From: an uncultured Chloroflexia bacterium
GTDB taxonomy: Bacteria; Chloroflexota; Limnocylindria; Limnocylindrales; CSP1-4
Reading direction: 5' to 3'
Length of the DNA stretch: 64,000 bases
NCBI GenBank assembly: GCA_963734935.1
Contig: CAVTIO010000009.1
Coordinates: forward strand, 85,698 to 149,697
Shown: piece after piece, positions 29,317 through 38,814 of the stretch
How positions within the stretch are numbered: position 1 is the first letter of the stretch
How the letters are laid out: the number at the start of each line of letters is the position of its first letter
The notes under the pieces: generated by a model
Database searches by the model: none
Told to the model about the DNA's origin: nothing
Seen by the model: only the letters and a program-made list of their open reading frames with translations
Program-made: the position numbers and the translations under genes

Positions 29317-31911
29317 ATGACCGACGATCGCGCGCCCGGCCGCAGCCCGTCCCGGGAAACGCGCAATCGGGTACTGCTCGCGATCGGCCTGCTCGCGGCA
29401 TCGGTCACGCTCATCGTCGTCGCATGGGCCTGGTCGGGCTCGTCGACCCAGCCGGGCGATCCCGGTGCATCCCCGCTCGCCGCGGCATCGCTGGATCCCG
29501 GCGACTTCAGATTGCTCCCTGCGCTGGCCGGCTCGGATCGCCCGAGTCCGACGCCCAGCCCCAGCCCCAGCCCGAGTCCGCCGTCCGGGCTCCGGGTCAA
29601 GCTCGTGCCGGGCGTTCCCGCGCCGCTCCGGGCCGCGACGATCCGGGTGACGTGGCCCGCCGTTGCCCCTGCAACCCTTGATCGAGGTGCCTGGCTGCGC
29701 ACGCTGGTCGATGGCGAGGACGCGGGGACGGCTGCGCTGGGTGCGGGTGCATCAAGCGAGGTCGAGTCGATCCGCGTCGGGTCCGACTACACGATGCAGC
29801 TTCGGGCACGGCGCGCAGCCCGCGCAGTGCCCGTTGCGGAGGACTCGTTCCGGCTGGAGTCGATCGATGATGCCGCTCCGCGTGTCACGTATGCGGGCAG
29901 CTGGGCTGCCGCGGGATACCCGGGATACCTGCGGCACAGCGCCAGCTACACCAGCAAGCGCGGTGCAACCGCCACCTTGGCGGTGACCGGGCGCAGCGTT
30001 GCCTGGATCGGTCCGGTCGGTCCGGGTCGTGGAACCGCCATCGTTCTCGTCGATGGCAAGGTCGCTGCCACCGTGTCGACCCTGGCGTCCCACTACAAGC
30101 CGCGGCAGACGCTATTCGTGCGCTCGTGGTCGCGAACGAGCAGTCACACCATCACGATCGAGGCACGCGGCGGCGGCAACGTGGCGATCGACTCGTTCAC
30201 GGTCGTTGCCGACGCTGCGCAGCCGCAGCCGACCACCGGTCCGGCCCCCTCCGGCCCCGCTCCGACCGGGAACCTGGCGAGCGTGTCCCTGCCGATCCGG
30301 GCGGCCCTCTTCTACGCCTGGTATCCGGAGGCATGGACGTCGGGACCGGACGGCACGTTCGGCGCGTTCCACCCATCCGCCGGTGCATACGACTCCAGCG
30401 ATCCGGCCATCATCGGCGACCAGATCGAGGCCTTGCTCTATGGTCACATCACGTCGGGCCTGGTCTCCTGGTGGGGCGAGGGGACGCGCTCGGACGGGCG
30501 GATGCCGGCGCTTCTGGATGCGGCGCACGGGACCGACTTCACATGGGCCGTCAATGTCGGCCTGGAATTGGTGGGCGATCCCGATCCGGGTCAGATATCG
30601 AGCATCCTGCGCTCCGTTGCCGACCGTTATGGGGACGATCCATCCTACCTCCGGATCGACGACCGTTTCGTGGTCGCCGTGAGCGGCGACGCGGCCGACG
30701 GATGTGCCATGGCGGAGCGCTGGACACAGGCAAACGACGTCAACGCCTACCTCATCCTGCCCGCCGTCGATGGCTACGAGGGGTGCGACGCCCAGCCCGA
30801 CCTGTGGTACGGCGCCGATCCTGCACAGCACGCCCAGGCGGCGGGGAGTGCCAGCTACACCATCAGCCCCGGCTACTCAGCACCCGACGGGTCGACAGAA
30901 CTGGCCCGGGACCCGGATCGCTGGGCGGCAGACGTGCGCGCGATGGTTGCGTCCAGTGCCGGCCTCCAGCTTGTCGCTTCCTTCAATCAATGGGGCGAGG
31001 ACTCGAGCGTCGAGAGCGCGCGCGAGTGGGAGTCGAGCTCCGGCTATGGCCGCTACCTGGACGTGCTCCATCTTGACGGGAATGTGGGCGCCGTTGCCTC
31101 GGCGCCAGGCAGCGACCCCATCCTCGTGGGTGCGGGCGCGATTGCCGGGTGCGAGTCATCCAACGACGAGGCGACCGCCGCGCTGGTCGCCGCAGTCCCG
31201 GGCACGGTGTTCACGGTCGGCGACAATGCCTTCCCGTCAGGTAGCCTCCAGGACTTCGAGGACTGCTACGGACCATCCTGGGGCGCCTTCCTCGATCGGA
31301 CCCGGCCCGCGGTCGGTACGCACGAATACCAGACGCCGGGCGCGGCCGGATACTTCGACTACTTCGGCAACGCGGCAGGCAAACCCAAGAAGGGGTATTA
31401 CGCATACAACCTCGGTCAATGGCGCATCTACGTGTTGAACGCGAACTGCAGTCAGATCGGTGGTTGCAGCCGCGGCTCACCCCAGGAACGCTGGCTCCGC
31501 GCCGACCTCAAGGCGCATCCGAAGGCCTGTATCGGCGCGTACTGGCAGCTCGCGCGTTTCAGCTCCGGACGGTTCGGTGACGACAGCCGGGTGGAGGCGT
31601 TCTGGAAGGACCTGTACCAGTACGGAGCCGAGTTCGTGATCAACGGGCACGACCACAACTACCAGCGATACGCGCCCATGGACCCGACCGGCCAGTCTGA
31701 TCCGACCGGCGGCATTCGAGAGTTCATCGTCGGCACCGGCGGGTACGGCCACACCAGGGTCCAGCCCGGCCCGATCCCGAATCGCGAGGTCGCCAACGAC
31801 CAGACCTACGGCGTCCTCAGGCTGATGCTGCACAAGGATTCCTATGAGTGGCAGTTCCTCGCGACCGGAGATGCGTCGTTCACGGATTCGGGCGCCGAAG
31901 CCTGCCACTGA
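29317..31911 (+). CDS. Membrane-anchored multidomain protein: lectin/Ig-like domain, GH99-like domain, metallophosphatase (paralog of 25737..28058)
   Basis: N-terminal TM VLLAIGLLAASVTLIVVAWAW; linker PSPTPSPSPSPSPP; GH99-like AALFYAWYPEAWTSGPDG...GAYDSSDPAIIGDQ...VASFNQWGEDSSVE; metallophosphatase GDNAFPSG...GTHEY...GHDHNYQRY. It has the same architecture as the upstream paralog. Confidence 0.7.
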   Translation: MTDDRAPGRSPSRETRNRVLLAIGLLAASVTLIVVAWAWSGSSTQPGDPGASPLAAASLDPGDFRLLPALAGSDRPSPTPSPSPSPSPPSGLRVKLVPGVPAPLRAATIRVTWPAVAPATLDRGAWLRTLVDGEDAGTAALGAGASSEVESIRVGSDYTMQLRARRAARAVPVAEDSFRLESIDDAAPRVTYAGSWAAAGYPGYLRHSASYTSKRGATATLAVTGRSVAWIGPVGPGRGTAIVLVDGKVAATVSTLASHYKPRQTLFVRSWSRTSSHTITIEARGGGNVAIDSFTVVADAAQPQPTTGPAPSGPAPTGNLASVSLPIRAALFYAWYPEAWTSGPDGTFGAFHPSAGAYDSSDPAIIGDQIEALLYGHITSGLVSWWGEGTRSDGRMPALLDAAHGTDFTWAVNVGLELVGDPDPGQISSILRSVADRYGDDPSYLRIDDRFVVAVSGDAADGCAMAERWTQANDVNAYLILPAVDGYEGCDAQPDLWYGADPAQHAQAAGSASYTISPGYSAPDGSTELARDPDRWAADVRAMVASSAGLQLVASFNQWGEDSSVESAREWESSSGYGRYLDVLHLDGNVGAVASAPGSDPILVGAGAIAGCESSNDEATAALVAAVPGTVFTVGDNAFPSGSLQDFEDCYGPSWGAFLDRTRPAVGTHEYQTPGAAGYFDYFGNAAGKPKKGYYAYNLGQWRIYVLNANCSQIGGCSRGSPQERWLRADLKAHPKACIGAYWQLARFSSGRFGDDSRVEAFWKDLYQYGAEFVINGHDHNYQRYAPMDPTGQSDPTGGIREFIVGTGGYGHTRVQPGPIPNREVANDQTYGVLRLMLHKDSYEWQFLATGDASFTDSGAEACH

Positions 31912-31998
31912 CGTAGGACGAGGTTGCCGCTGAGATGGGATATCGACGCCGCGCCGGGACGTTGCCGCAGCGCGAGCCCGATCGGCCGCGGTGGGTGG

Positions 31999-32532
31999 TC
32001 ACGGCATCCGATGCGATGATCCGCGCCTGCGAACGACCAGCGACCCGAGCGCGACGACGATGACGATCACCGGGATGATCGCGAGCATGACCACGCTCAC
32101 GTTGGCCTGCGCGCCTGCGTCAGCTGGGCTCTCGGGCGTCGTGACGGGGGAGGGGATCTCCGCTGCGGGGGTGGGAGACGGTCCCGGGGTCACCACGTAG
32201 CGGGCGTGGGCCACGCACGCACGCGCCCCCTTTCCTGCCCGTGCGGTGACCTTCCAGCGACCCTGGTCGCCCCAGGCGGCGGCCAACCGAAGGCGGAATG
32301 CCCCGTTGGCGTCCGACGACACACGGAGGGTCTGGGTACCGGTGGGGCCGACAATCTGAACGGTGACCCGTCGGTCGGCTCCGAACCGGACACCACGGAT
32401 CACGAACGGCGAACCGCTCTCCACGCTGCCGGGGACACGGACGCGGCAGCGCGACGCGGCGTCGGCGGTCCACGTCGGCACGACCGACGTGGCAAGCACG
32501 GCGATGAACGCAAGGATCGCGGCAAGCGCCAC
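31999..32532 (-). CDS. Hypothetical secreted protein with C-terminal TM anchor
   Basis: Candidate GTG start at 32532 giving signal-like ALAAILAFIAVLATSVVPTWTADAA; C-terminal VSVVMLAIIPVIVIVVALGSLVVRRR. The longer ORF to 32751 overlaps the giant gene out of frame. Start uncertain. Confidence 0.35.
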   Translation of the reverse strand: MALAAILAFIAVLATSVVPTWTADAASRCRVRVPGSVESGSPFVIRGVRFGADRRVTVQIVGPTGTQTLRVSSDANGAFRLRLAAAWGDQGRWKVTARAGKGARACVAHARYVVTPGPSPTPAAEIPSPVTTPESPADAGAQANVSVVMLAIIPVIVIVVALGSLVVRRRGSSHRMP

Positions 32533-32588
32533 CCGGGGCGCCGGTCGGGCCGGCGCCCGCGGGACCCCGGCCACCGGCGGGAGGCGTC

Positions 32589-35500
32589 CTATTGCCCGAC
32601 GACGATGGTCAGCGTGGGCGGCGTGGTCGTCTCGCGCGAGGCGAACACCTCCTGGCTGCCGCCCGTACCCTGAGCGACCGTGAGGACGTTGCCCTCCGCC
32701 GCCGCCACGAGGCTGGCGACGTCGGTGGACGTCACGACGCCCGGGCCGCAATGGGTGGCGGTGGTGTCGACGGCGGCGCCGACGGCCGGGCGACTGGCAT
32801 AGGTGATGGTCCCCTCGTCCCAGGCGGATCCATCGGTGTCATACACGGTGTAGCCGATGCCCGCGTTCTTGCTGCACTGGTAGGTCAGGGTGAGCGTGGC
32901 GGACTGCACCGCCCCCGCGACGTTCGAGAGATCGAACGCCATGTAGCTGTACCACGTTGACTGCCCTGATCCCTTGATGCGCAGGCCCGTGCTCGTCCCG
33001 TAGTTCGAGGTCGGGCTGTCGCTGGACACGTAGCTGTCCTGGATCGGGTTGAGCACGAAGGTCTGGCTCGCATCGGTAGTCACCTGGTTCGACGGGTCGC
33101 TGAGCGGCGAGTGGTTGCCCGCCGCGTCGAACGCGTCGACCGTGTAGCTGTGCGTGGAGCCCGGCGCCAGGCCGGTGTCCGTGAACGCCAGGGTCGCCCC
33201 GTCCACGGTCGCGACCGGGGTTGTGTCACTGTCACGGTAGACGTCGTAGCCGGTCACTCCGACGTCATCGGTCGAGGCACTCCACGACACGTCGATGATC
33301 GAGGAGCCATTGACCGTGGCCGTGACCGAGCCTGGCGCCGTTGGCGCCTGGCTGTCGCCACCGACCGTGATCGTGGTCGTCGCAGGCGTGCTGTCCCCGT
33401 ACAGGTTCGAGGCGACGAGGGACACCGTGTAGGGGCCGGCTGCGGCCCAGGCATGGCTGGGATTGGCTTGGGTGCTCGTCGACCCGTCCCCGAAGTCCCA
33501 CGCCCACGCCGTCGGGCTGCCACTGCTGGTGTCCGTGAACTGGACGGGCACGCCCACCGTCGGGCTCGTGGTCGAGGAGGTGAAGGACGCGGCGGGCGCG
33601 TCCGTCGCGCCCGTCCCGACGACGATGGTCAGCGTGGGCGGCGTGGTCGTCTCGCGCGAGGCGAACACCTCCTGGCTGCCGCCCGTACCCTGAGCGACCG
33701 TGAGGACGTTGCCCTCCGCCGCCGCCACGAGGCTGGCGACGTCGGTGGACGTCACGACGCCCGGGCCGCAATGGGTGGCGGTGGTGTCGACGGCGGCGCC
33801 GACGGCCGGGCGACTGGCATAGGTGATGGTCCCCTCGTCCCAGGCGGATCCATCGGTGTCATACACGGTGTAGCCGATGCCCGCGTTCTTGCTGCACTGG
33901 TAGGTCAGGGTGAGCGTGGCGGACTGCACCGCCCCCGCGACGTTCGAGAGATCGAACGCCATGTAGCTGTACCACGTTGACTGCCCTGATCCCTTGATGC
34001 GCAGGCCCGTGCTCGTCCCGTAGTTCGAGGTCGGGCTGTCGCTGGACACGTAGCTGTCCTGGATCGGGTTGAGCACGAAGGTCTGGCTCGCATCGGTAGT
34101 CACCTGGTTCGACGGGTCGCTGAGCGGCGAGTGGTTGCCCGCCGCGTCGAACGCGTCGACCGTGTAGCTGTGCGTGGAGCCCGGCGCCAGGCCGGTGTCC
34201 GTGAACGCCAGGGTCGCCCCGTCCACGGTCGCGACCGGGGTTGTGTCACTGTCACGGTAGACGTCGTAGCCGGTCACTCCGACGTCATCGGTCGAGGCAC
34301 TCCACGACACGTCGATGATCGAGGAGCCATTGACCGTGGCCGTGACCGAGCCTGGCGCCGTTGGCGCCTGGCTGTCGCCACCGACCGTGATCGTGGTCGT
34401 CGCAGGCGTGCTGTCCCCGTACAGGTTCGAGGCGACGAGGGACACCGTGTAGGGGCCGGCTGCGGCCCAGGCATGGCTGGGATTGGCTTGGGTGCTCGTC
34501 GACCCGTCCCCGAAGTCCCACGCCCACGCCGTCGGGCTGCCACTGCTGGTGTCCGTGAACTGGACGGGCACGCCCACCGTCGGGCTCGTGGTCGAGGAGG
34601 TGAAGGACGCGGCGGGCGCGTCCGTCGCGCCCGTCCCGACGACGATGGTCAGCGTGGGCGGCGTGGTCGTCTCGCGCGAGGCCAGGTTGATCGTGCCCGC
34701 ATAGCCGGTGAGGCCGAGGCTCAGCAGGCCACCCTGGGCAGGCGCGACCAGCGAGTCGACATCCGCCGACCCGTAGACACCCGACGTGAGCGGCCCGGAC
34801 GAGTTCACCACCGCGCCCATGTCAGGCGCGGTGTCGTAGACGATGGCGTACTCATCCCAAGTGGTGTCCGCGACCCCGGCCACGCCGAAGCCCTGCGAGC
34901 CCGTCGTCGTGTTCGACAGCACGCCGAGCGTAGCCGACTGGATCTGCCCGACCACGTTGGAGAGGTCGAACTTGAGGTAGCTCGCCGTCCCGCTCGAGTT
35001 GACGTACAGCGAGGTCGCTGTTCCGCGGTTGGTCGTCGGGATCGATGGGTTGACGTACGCGTCCGCGATGGGGGTCAGCACCAGGGTGACCGTGCCGCTG
35101 GGCGTCGTGGCGGACGCGGGCCCACCCGGCGGTGACCGGTTGCCGGCAGCATCGAAGGCCTCAACGGTGTAGCTGTGGTTGGAGCCGGGCGCCACGACCG
35201 TGTCCGCATACGCGAGCGTGTCCGGGTCAAGGGTCACGAGTGGTGTGGTGGCGTCGTCCTTGAACACCTCGTAGCCGGCGACGCCGACGTTATCGGTGGC
35301 GGCGTTCCAGGTGACGTCAATCTCACCCGGACCGTTGGCCGCTGCCGACACGGAGCCGGGCGCTTCGGGGGCGATGCTGTCCGCGGTTCCCTTGCAGGAA
35401 AGGAGGCCGCTGTCCTCCACCGACCCGGTCGGGGTCTGGAACGAGAAGGTCGCGCTGGTCGGGAACAGGTTCAGGCGGAGCGCCCCGAAGTTGGCGAAGT

Positions 35501-36963
35501 CAGCCGCCACCAGCCGGGAGTCCGTGACCACCTGCTCCTGGTGTCCGTGCCCCCCCGAGCCGACGATGATCTCGGTGATCCCATTCGGGTCCGGGTTCAG
35601 GTTGCCGTCGACAGGCTCGAACCGCTGGTAGTTGTGGTCGTGGCCGTTGAGCACCAGCGTCACGTTGTGCTGGGCGAGCAGAGACCAGATGGCCGACATC
35701 GAGGCTGTGGAGCCCTCAGGACCCGTGTTGAGCAACGGATGGTGGTAGTACACGACGGTGCACGGCGACGCGTTGGCGGCGAGATCGGCCATGAGCCACT
35801 TGTACTGACCGGAGTTGGTCGCCGTCTGACCGAACTGGCTGGTCGAGTTGAGCGCGATGAAGTGCCAGCCGCTTGCGTCGTAGCTGTAGTAGTCGGGGAT
35901 GTTGTCCCAATAGTAGAAGTACCCGGAGGCATCGTTGCCCGTGTACTCGTGGTTGCCGATCACCGGGTTGGTGATGCTTCGGAACTTGCCATACATGCCG
36001 GCCGTGCCGTCCGGCCCGTACCAGTTGTCGAACTCCGTGGGCAGCCCGTCTTCGTACACGTCGCCCAGGTACAGGAACAGGTTGGGGTTCCAGGTCCCGA
36101 TCAACCCGACTGTGCCGATCTCACCAGGTTCCCCACCGGCACCGTCGCCGGTCGCGGCGACCACGAACGGCGATCCCGGAGCGGGCGTCGTCCCCTGCGT
36201 GGGCACGAACTGGTTCGGGTTGGGCGGCGGTGTTTGGTAGCCGTTGGCGAAGGTCAGCGTGATGTTGGCGGCGGCGCTCTCCCAGTTGTCCCGCATGAGG
36301 GTGGTTGCGCCCAGCTCGTAGGTTCCATCACCGAACCGGGCGGTGTCGAGGGTGAACGTATAGGGCGAAGTGAAGTCCGTGATGAGCCGTGAGCCGTTGA
36401 GGGTGAAGTAGGCGCGGCGGATGCCGGGGCTGTTCGAGTCCTGAGTGACCTCCAGCGTCACGTCGGTTGTGCCCGTGAGCGTCGCGTTGTCGCCGGGCGC
36501 AGTGATGCACAGCGTCACGCTGTAGCCGCCAGGCCCGCTCGTGTTGCACGTCGCCGTCGGCGTGGGTGTGGGCGTGGGCGTGGGCGTGGGCGTGGGCGTC
36601 GGCGTGGGCGTGGGCGTCGCGGTGGCTGTCGCCGTCGGCGTGGGCGTCGGCGTCGGGCGTCGGCGTGGGCGTCGGCGTGGGCGTGGGCGTCGCGGTGGCT
36701 GTCGCCGTCGGCGTGGGCGTGGGCGTCGCGGTGGCTGTCGCCGTCGGCGTGGGCGTGGGCGTCGCGGTGGCTGTCGCCGTCGGCGTGGGCGTCGGCCGCT
36801 GGTGGCGTTTCGCGTCGACGACGGTCGCTCCCTGGGCGAGGATCCCAGAGGCCAGGATCACGACGCCGAGCACGGCGAGCAGGCGCGGGCCCCTACCGGA
36901 GGCAGGTGGGTTGGGGCGTCTGGGAGACCCGGTCGAGGAATGGCGCTTGACGACGTGGAACAT
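32589..36963 (-). CDS. Giant secreted surface protein: signal peptide, PT-repeat linker, metallophosphatase, FN3, DNRLRE domain, then (PKD-FN3-DNRLRE) x 2. Apparent +1 frameshift in the linker.
   Basis: An intact 1309-aa ORF (32589..36518) has metallophosphatase motifs GDVYEDG...GNHEY...GHDHNYQRF, FN3-like segments, DNRLRE-like ASYLKFDLSNV and PKD-like WAWDFGDGSTSTQANPSHAW. The same frame continues upstream as PTPTPT. The signal peptide MFHVVKRHSS...RLLAVLGVVILASGILAQGA and the TPTPTPTATATA repeats (ORF 36328..37242) are in another frame. A single extra G near 36655-36657 (cgtcGGGcgtcgg vs the cgtcggcg pattern) separates the two frames. Confidence 0.6.
32595..34682. repeat. Exact tandem duplication, 2 x 1020 bp (32595..33614 and 33615..34634) plus a 48-bp partial third copy
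   Basis: Identical secondary ORFs are offset by exactly 1020 bp (32885..33073 = 33905..34093; 33254..33523 = 34274..34543). Sequence comparison at the unit junctions confirms identity. It encodes a duplicated 340-aa PKD-FN3-DNRLRE module. Confidence 0.85.
36560..36795. repeat. 36-bp tandem repeats encoding (TPTPTPTATATA)n Pro/Thr/Ala linker
   Basis: Direct repeats of cgcggtggctgtcgccgtcggcgtgggcgtgggcgt on the plus strand. Confidence 0.7.
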
Positions 36964-37024
36964 GACGAGCCCCCAGTGCCTGTTCAGGTTCGCGGAGTCT
37001 GCCGGCTCATGCCGGTTGATCTTC

Positions 37025-38785
37025 TCATCCATCGCCCACCGTGCCCTCGACGTCCTGCGCATAGGCAACGGACAGGGCACTCGAAGTGGACATGGCACTC
37101 GCTGCACTGGACATCGGTGCGCCACCGGCGGCGAGCGGCGACGGTTGCGTTGCGGGCAGCGTATCTGGCAGGCCCGGGCCGACGGCAACCATTGGACCCA
37201 TCTCGGGCGTGCCGGGGCCCACGGCAACCAGCGGCGGCTCATCGATCAGGGCGGGCAGCCGGTCCGCCCAGCCGTGACCGGGCGTCCGCAGGTGCCAGCG
37301 CCTCGCGTTGGTGATTGCGGACCGCAGCAGCTCGGCCTCGCGCCGTCGGAGCTCCGGGTAGTCGAGACCGTCGATTCGAATCTTCGGCGCGAACAGTGCG
37401 AACGGCGGGAAGCCGTACGCATCGTCCGTGTTCTCGAGCAGAACATCGACGGCCTCGTCCAGGGAGACCTCGGCCTCGCGCTCCTCGCCACGCTCCATCA
37501 GCACGATGTTGCGGATCGGCGCGCGCTCGGCGACCGAGCACTCGAACAGGTCGTTGATCCGATGCTTGGGCGGCGGCACGACGAACTGGACGAGTGAGTT
37601 CACCGTCATGATCGGCAGGTTCCGATCGCCGAGCGCCCGTCCGACCTGGCGACCGGACTTGGAGTGCAGGCGGCTCTGGATTGCCAGCTTGGCCCGATCG
37701 CCCACCGTGAGACGGCCGTCCTTGGCGACACCCATCGTGTGGAACGAGAGTGTCATCGGCTTCGGGTAGCAGATCGCCACCCCGGCGGGGTCGATGATCG
37801 TCATGTCGTCCGAGAGGAACTGATAGCCACGGCGCCGGACAAGGGTGATGACCGTGCTCGTCTTGCCGGTATCAGTCTGTGCTGACAGCAGCGTGGCACC
37901 GTGCTCGCCGGCGAGCGCCGCGGAGTGGAGCAGCACATAGCCCCGCGAGACGAGCAGGAAGCGCAGGAACGCCTCGACGATGTTCGTGTACACGACGTGG
38001 GGCGAGATCGCCAGGATGGGGCTGACCTTGATCTCGATCGGGGTGCCCATGCGGAGCGAGAAGTTGGCGGCCACGGGGCCCAGGTGCTCCTGATAGACGA
38101 GCTCGTCGCCCTGCTCACGGAACGTCACCTTGGTGCGCAGTCCCTTGCCCACGAACCCGATCCGGATGCGGATGTCTGGCGATCGCCCCTCGGCCACTGC
38201 AAAGTGGCGCAGCTCGCGCAGCTCCACGTCGGATTCGATGGCCAGAATTCCGGCGAGGTCGTAGTGATGACGAGCCGCCTGCTCGCTAACGATCGGTCCA
38301 ACCCCCGCCGGCGCCGTACCGGCCAGGGCGGCCTCCTGCCGATTTCCCCACAGCAGCGTGTCGGCAACCAGGAGACGGAACAGGAACAGGACGACGAGGG
38401 AGATGGCGTTGGACAGGGCGTAGTGCAGGCCAAGTCCATCGGTCAGGCCCCAGAGCATCGGGACGCGAAGAACCAGGAGGCCGAAGTTCAGGCCCAGGAA
38501 GGCCAGGTATCGATTGGACCGAGACCCACGAACGCCGCGATCCGCGAACGCCCATGTGTCGGCCCAGAAGAAGTTCCAGGTCGAGGAGCCGACCGTCGCC
38601 AGCACCGCCGACACGAGGTAGTAGATCCCGAGCAGCTCGGTCGCCACGACCACGAGGATCTGATTGACCAGGAGGCCCGATAGCCCCACCAGGCCAAATC
38701 GCACCCAGCTCGCGATCCGTCCCCGCCCGGGGCCCAACGGCGCAAGCTCCGCCGCCTGTCCCACTTCTGCTGCTTCTGCTGCCAT
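37025..38785 (-). CDS. GtrA-like membrane domain fused to HprK-C-like P-loop (kinase-like) domain
   Basis: AGGAG-cgga-ATG at 38785. GtrA-like 4-TM region RFGLVGLSGLLVNQILVVVATELLGIYYLVSAVLATVGSSTWNFFWADTWAF. C-terminal region LLHSAALAGEHGATLLSAQTDTGKTSTVITLVRRRGYQFLSDDMTIID resembles the HPr kinase C-terminal P-loop (LlHgs...G.sGsGKSe.al.L...G..lvaDD). The extension to 38890 is Arg/Ala-rich and is preferred not to be coding. Confidence 0.6.
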   Translation of the reverse strand: MAAEAAEVGQAAELAPLGPGRGRIASWVRFGLVGLSGLLVNQILVVVATELLGIYYLVSAVLATVGSSTWNFFWADTWAFADRGVRGSRSNRYLAFLGLNFGLLVLRVPMLWGLTDGLGLHYALSNAISLVVLFLFRLLVADTLLWGNRQEAALAGTAPAGVGPIVSEQAARHHYDLAGILAIESDVELRELRHFAVAEGRSPDIRIRIGFVGKGLRTKVTFREQGDELVYQEHLGPVAANFSLRMGTPIEIKVSPILAISPHVVYTNIVEAFLRFLLVSRGYVLLHSAALAGEHGATLLSAQTDTGKTSTVITLVRRRGYQFLSDDMTIIDPAGVAICYPKPMTLSFHTMGVAKDGRLTVGDRAKLAIQSRLHSKSGRQVGRALGDRNLPIMTVNSLVQFVVPPPKHRINDLFECSVAERAPIRNIVLMERGEEREAEVSLDEAVDVLLENTDDAYGFPPFALFAPKIRIDGLDYPELRRREAELLRSAITNARRWHLRTPGHGWADRLPALIDEPPLVAVGPGTPEMGPMVAVGPGLPDTLPATQPSPLAAGGAPMSSAASAMSTSSALSVAYAQDVEGTVGDG

Positions 38786-38814
38786 TCCGCTCCTTCGCCG
38801 ACCGCTTCCGGGGC

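Noticed and set aside
31999-32751. Full 250-aa extent of the minus ORF
   Set aside because: The N-terminal 70 aa overlap the 3' end of the giant surface-protein gene out of frame and are Arg/Gly-rich. Only the distal part, with a signal peptide and C-terminal TM, is retained as a low-confidence gene.
33111-36392. Plus-strand ORFs 33111..33980, 34131..35135 and 35175..36392, and the duplicated short minus ORFs
   Set aside because: They are shadows or alternate frames of the giant surface-protein gene, and their duplication simply reflects the 1020-bp tandem repeat.
36328-37242. 304-aa minus ORF as a standalone gene
   Set aside because: It is a chimera. Residues from about 94 (MFHV…) through the PT repeats are genuine (signal peptide plus linker). 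The 5' extension is Arg/Pro-rich and non-coding-like. Everything 3' of about 36655 (DADAHADGDSHRDAHAHA…) is the wrong frame of the gene body. It is interpreted as part of the frameshifted giant gene.
36541-37597. Plus-strand ORFs encoding poly-(GV)/(AV) and Arg-rich peptides
   Set aside because: They are antisense of the PT-repeat linker and signal region.
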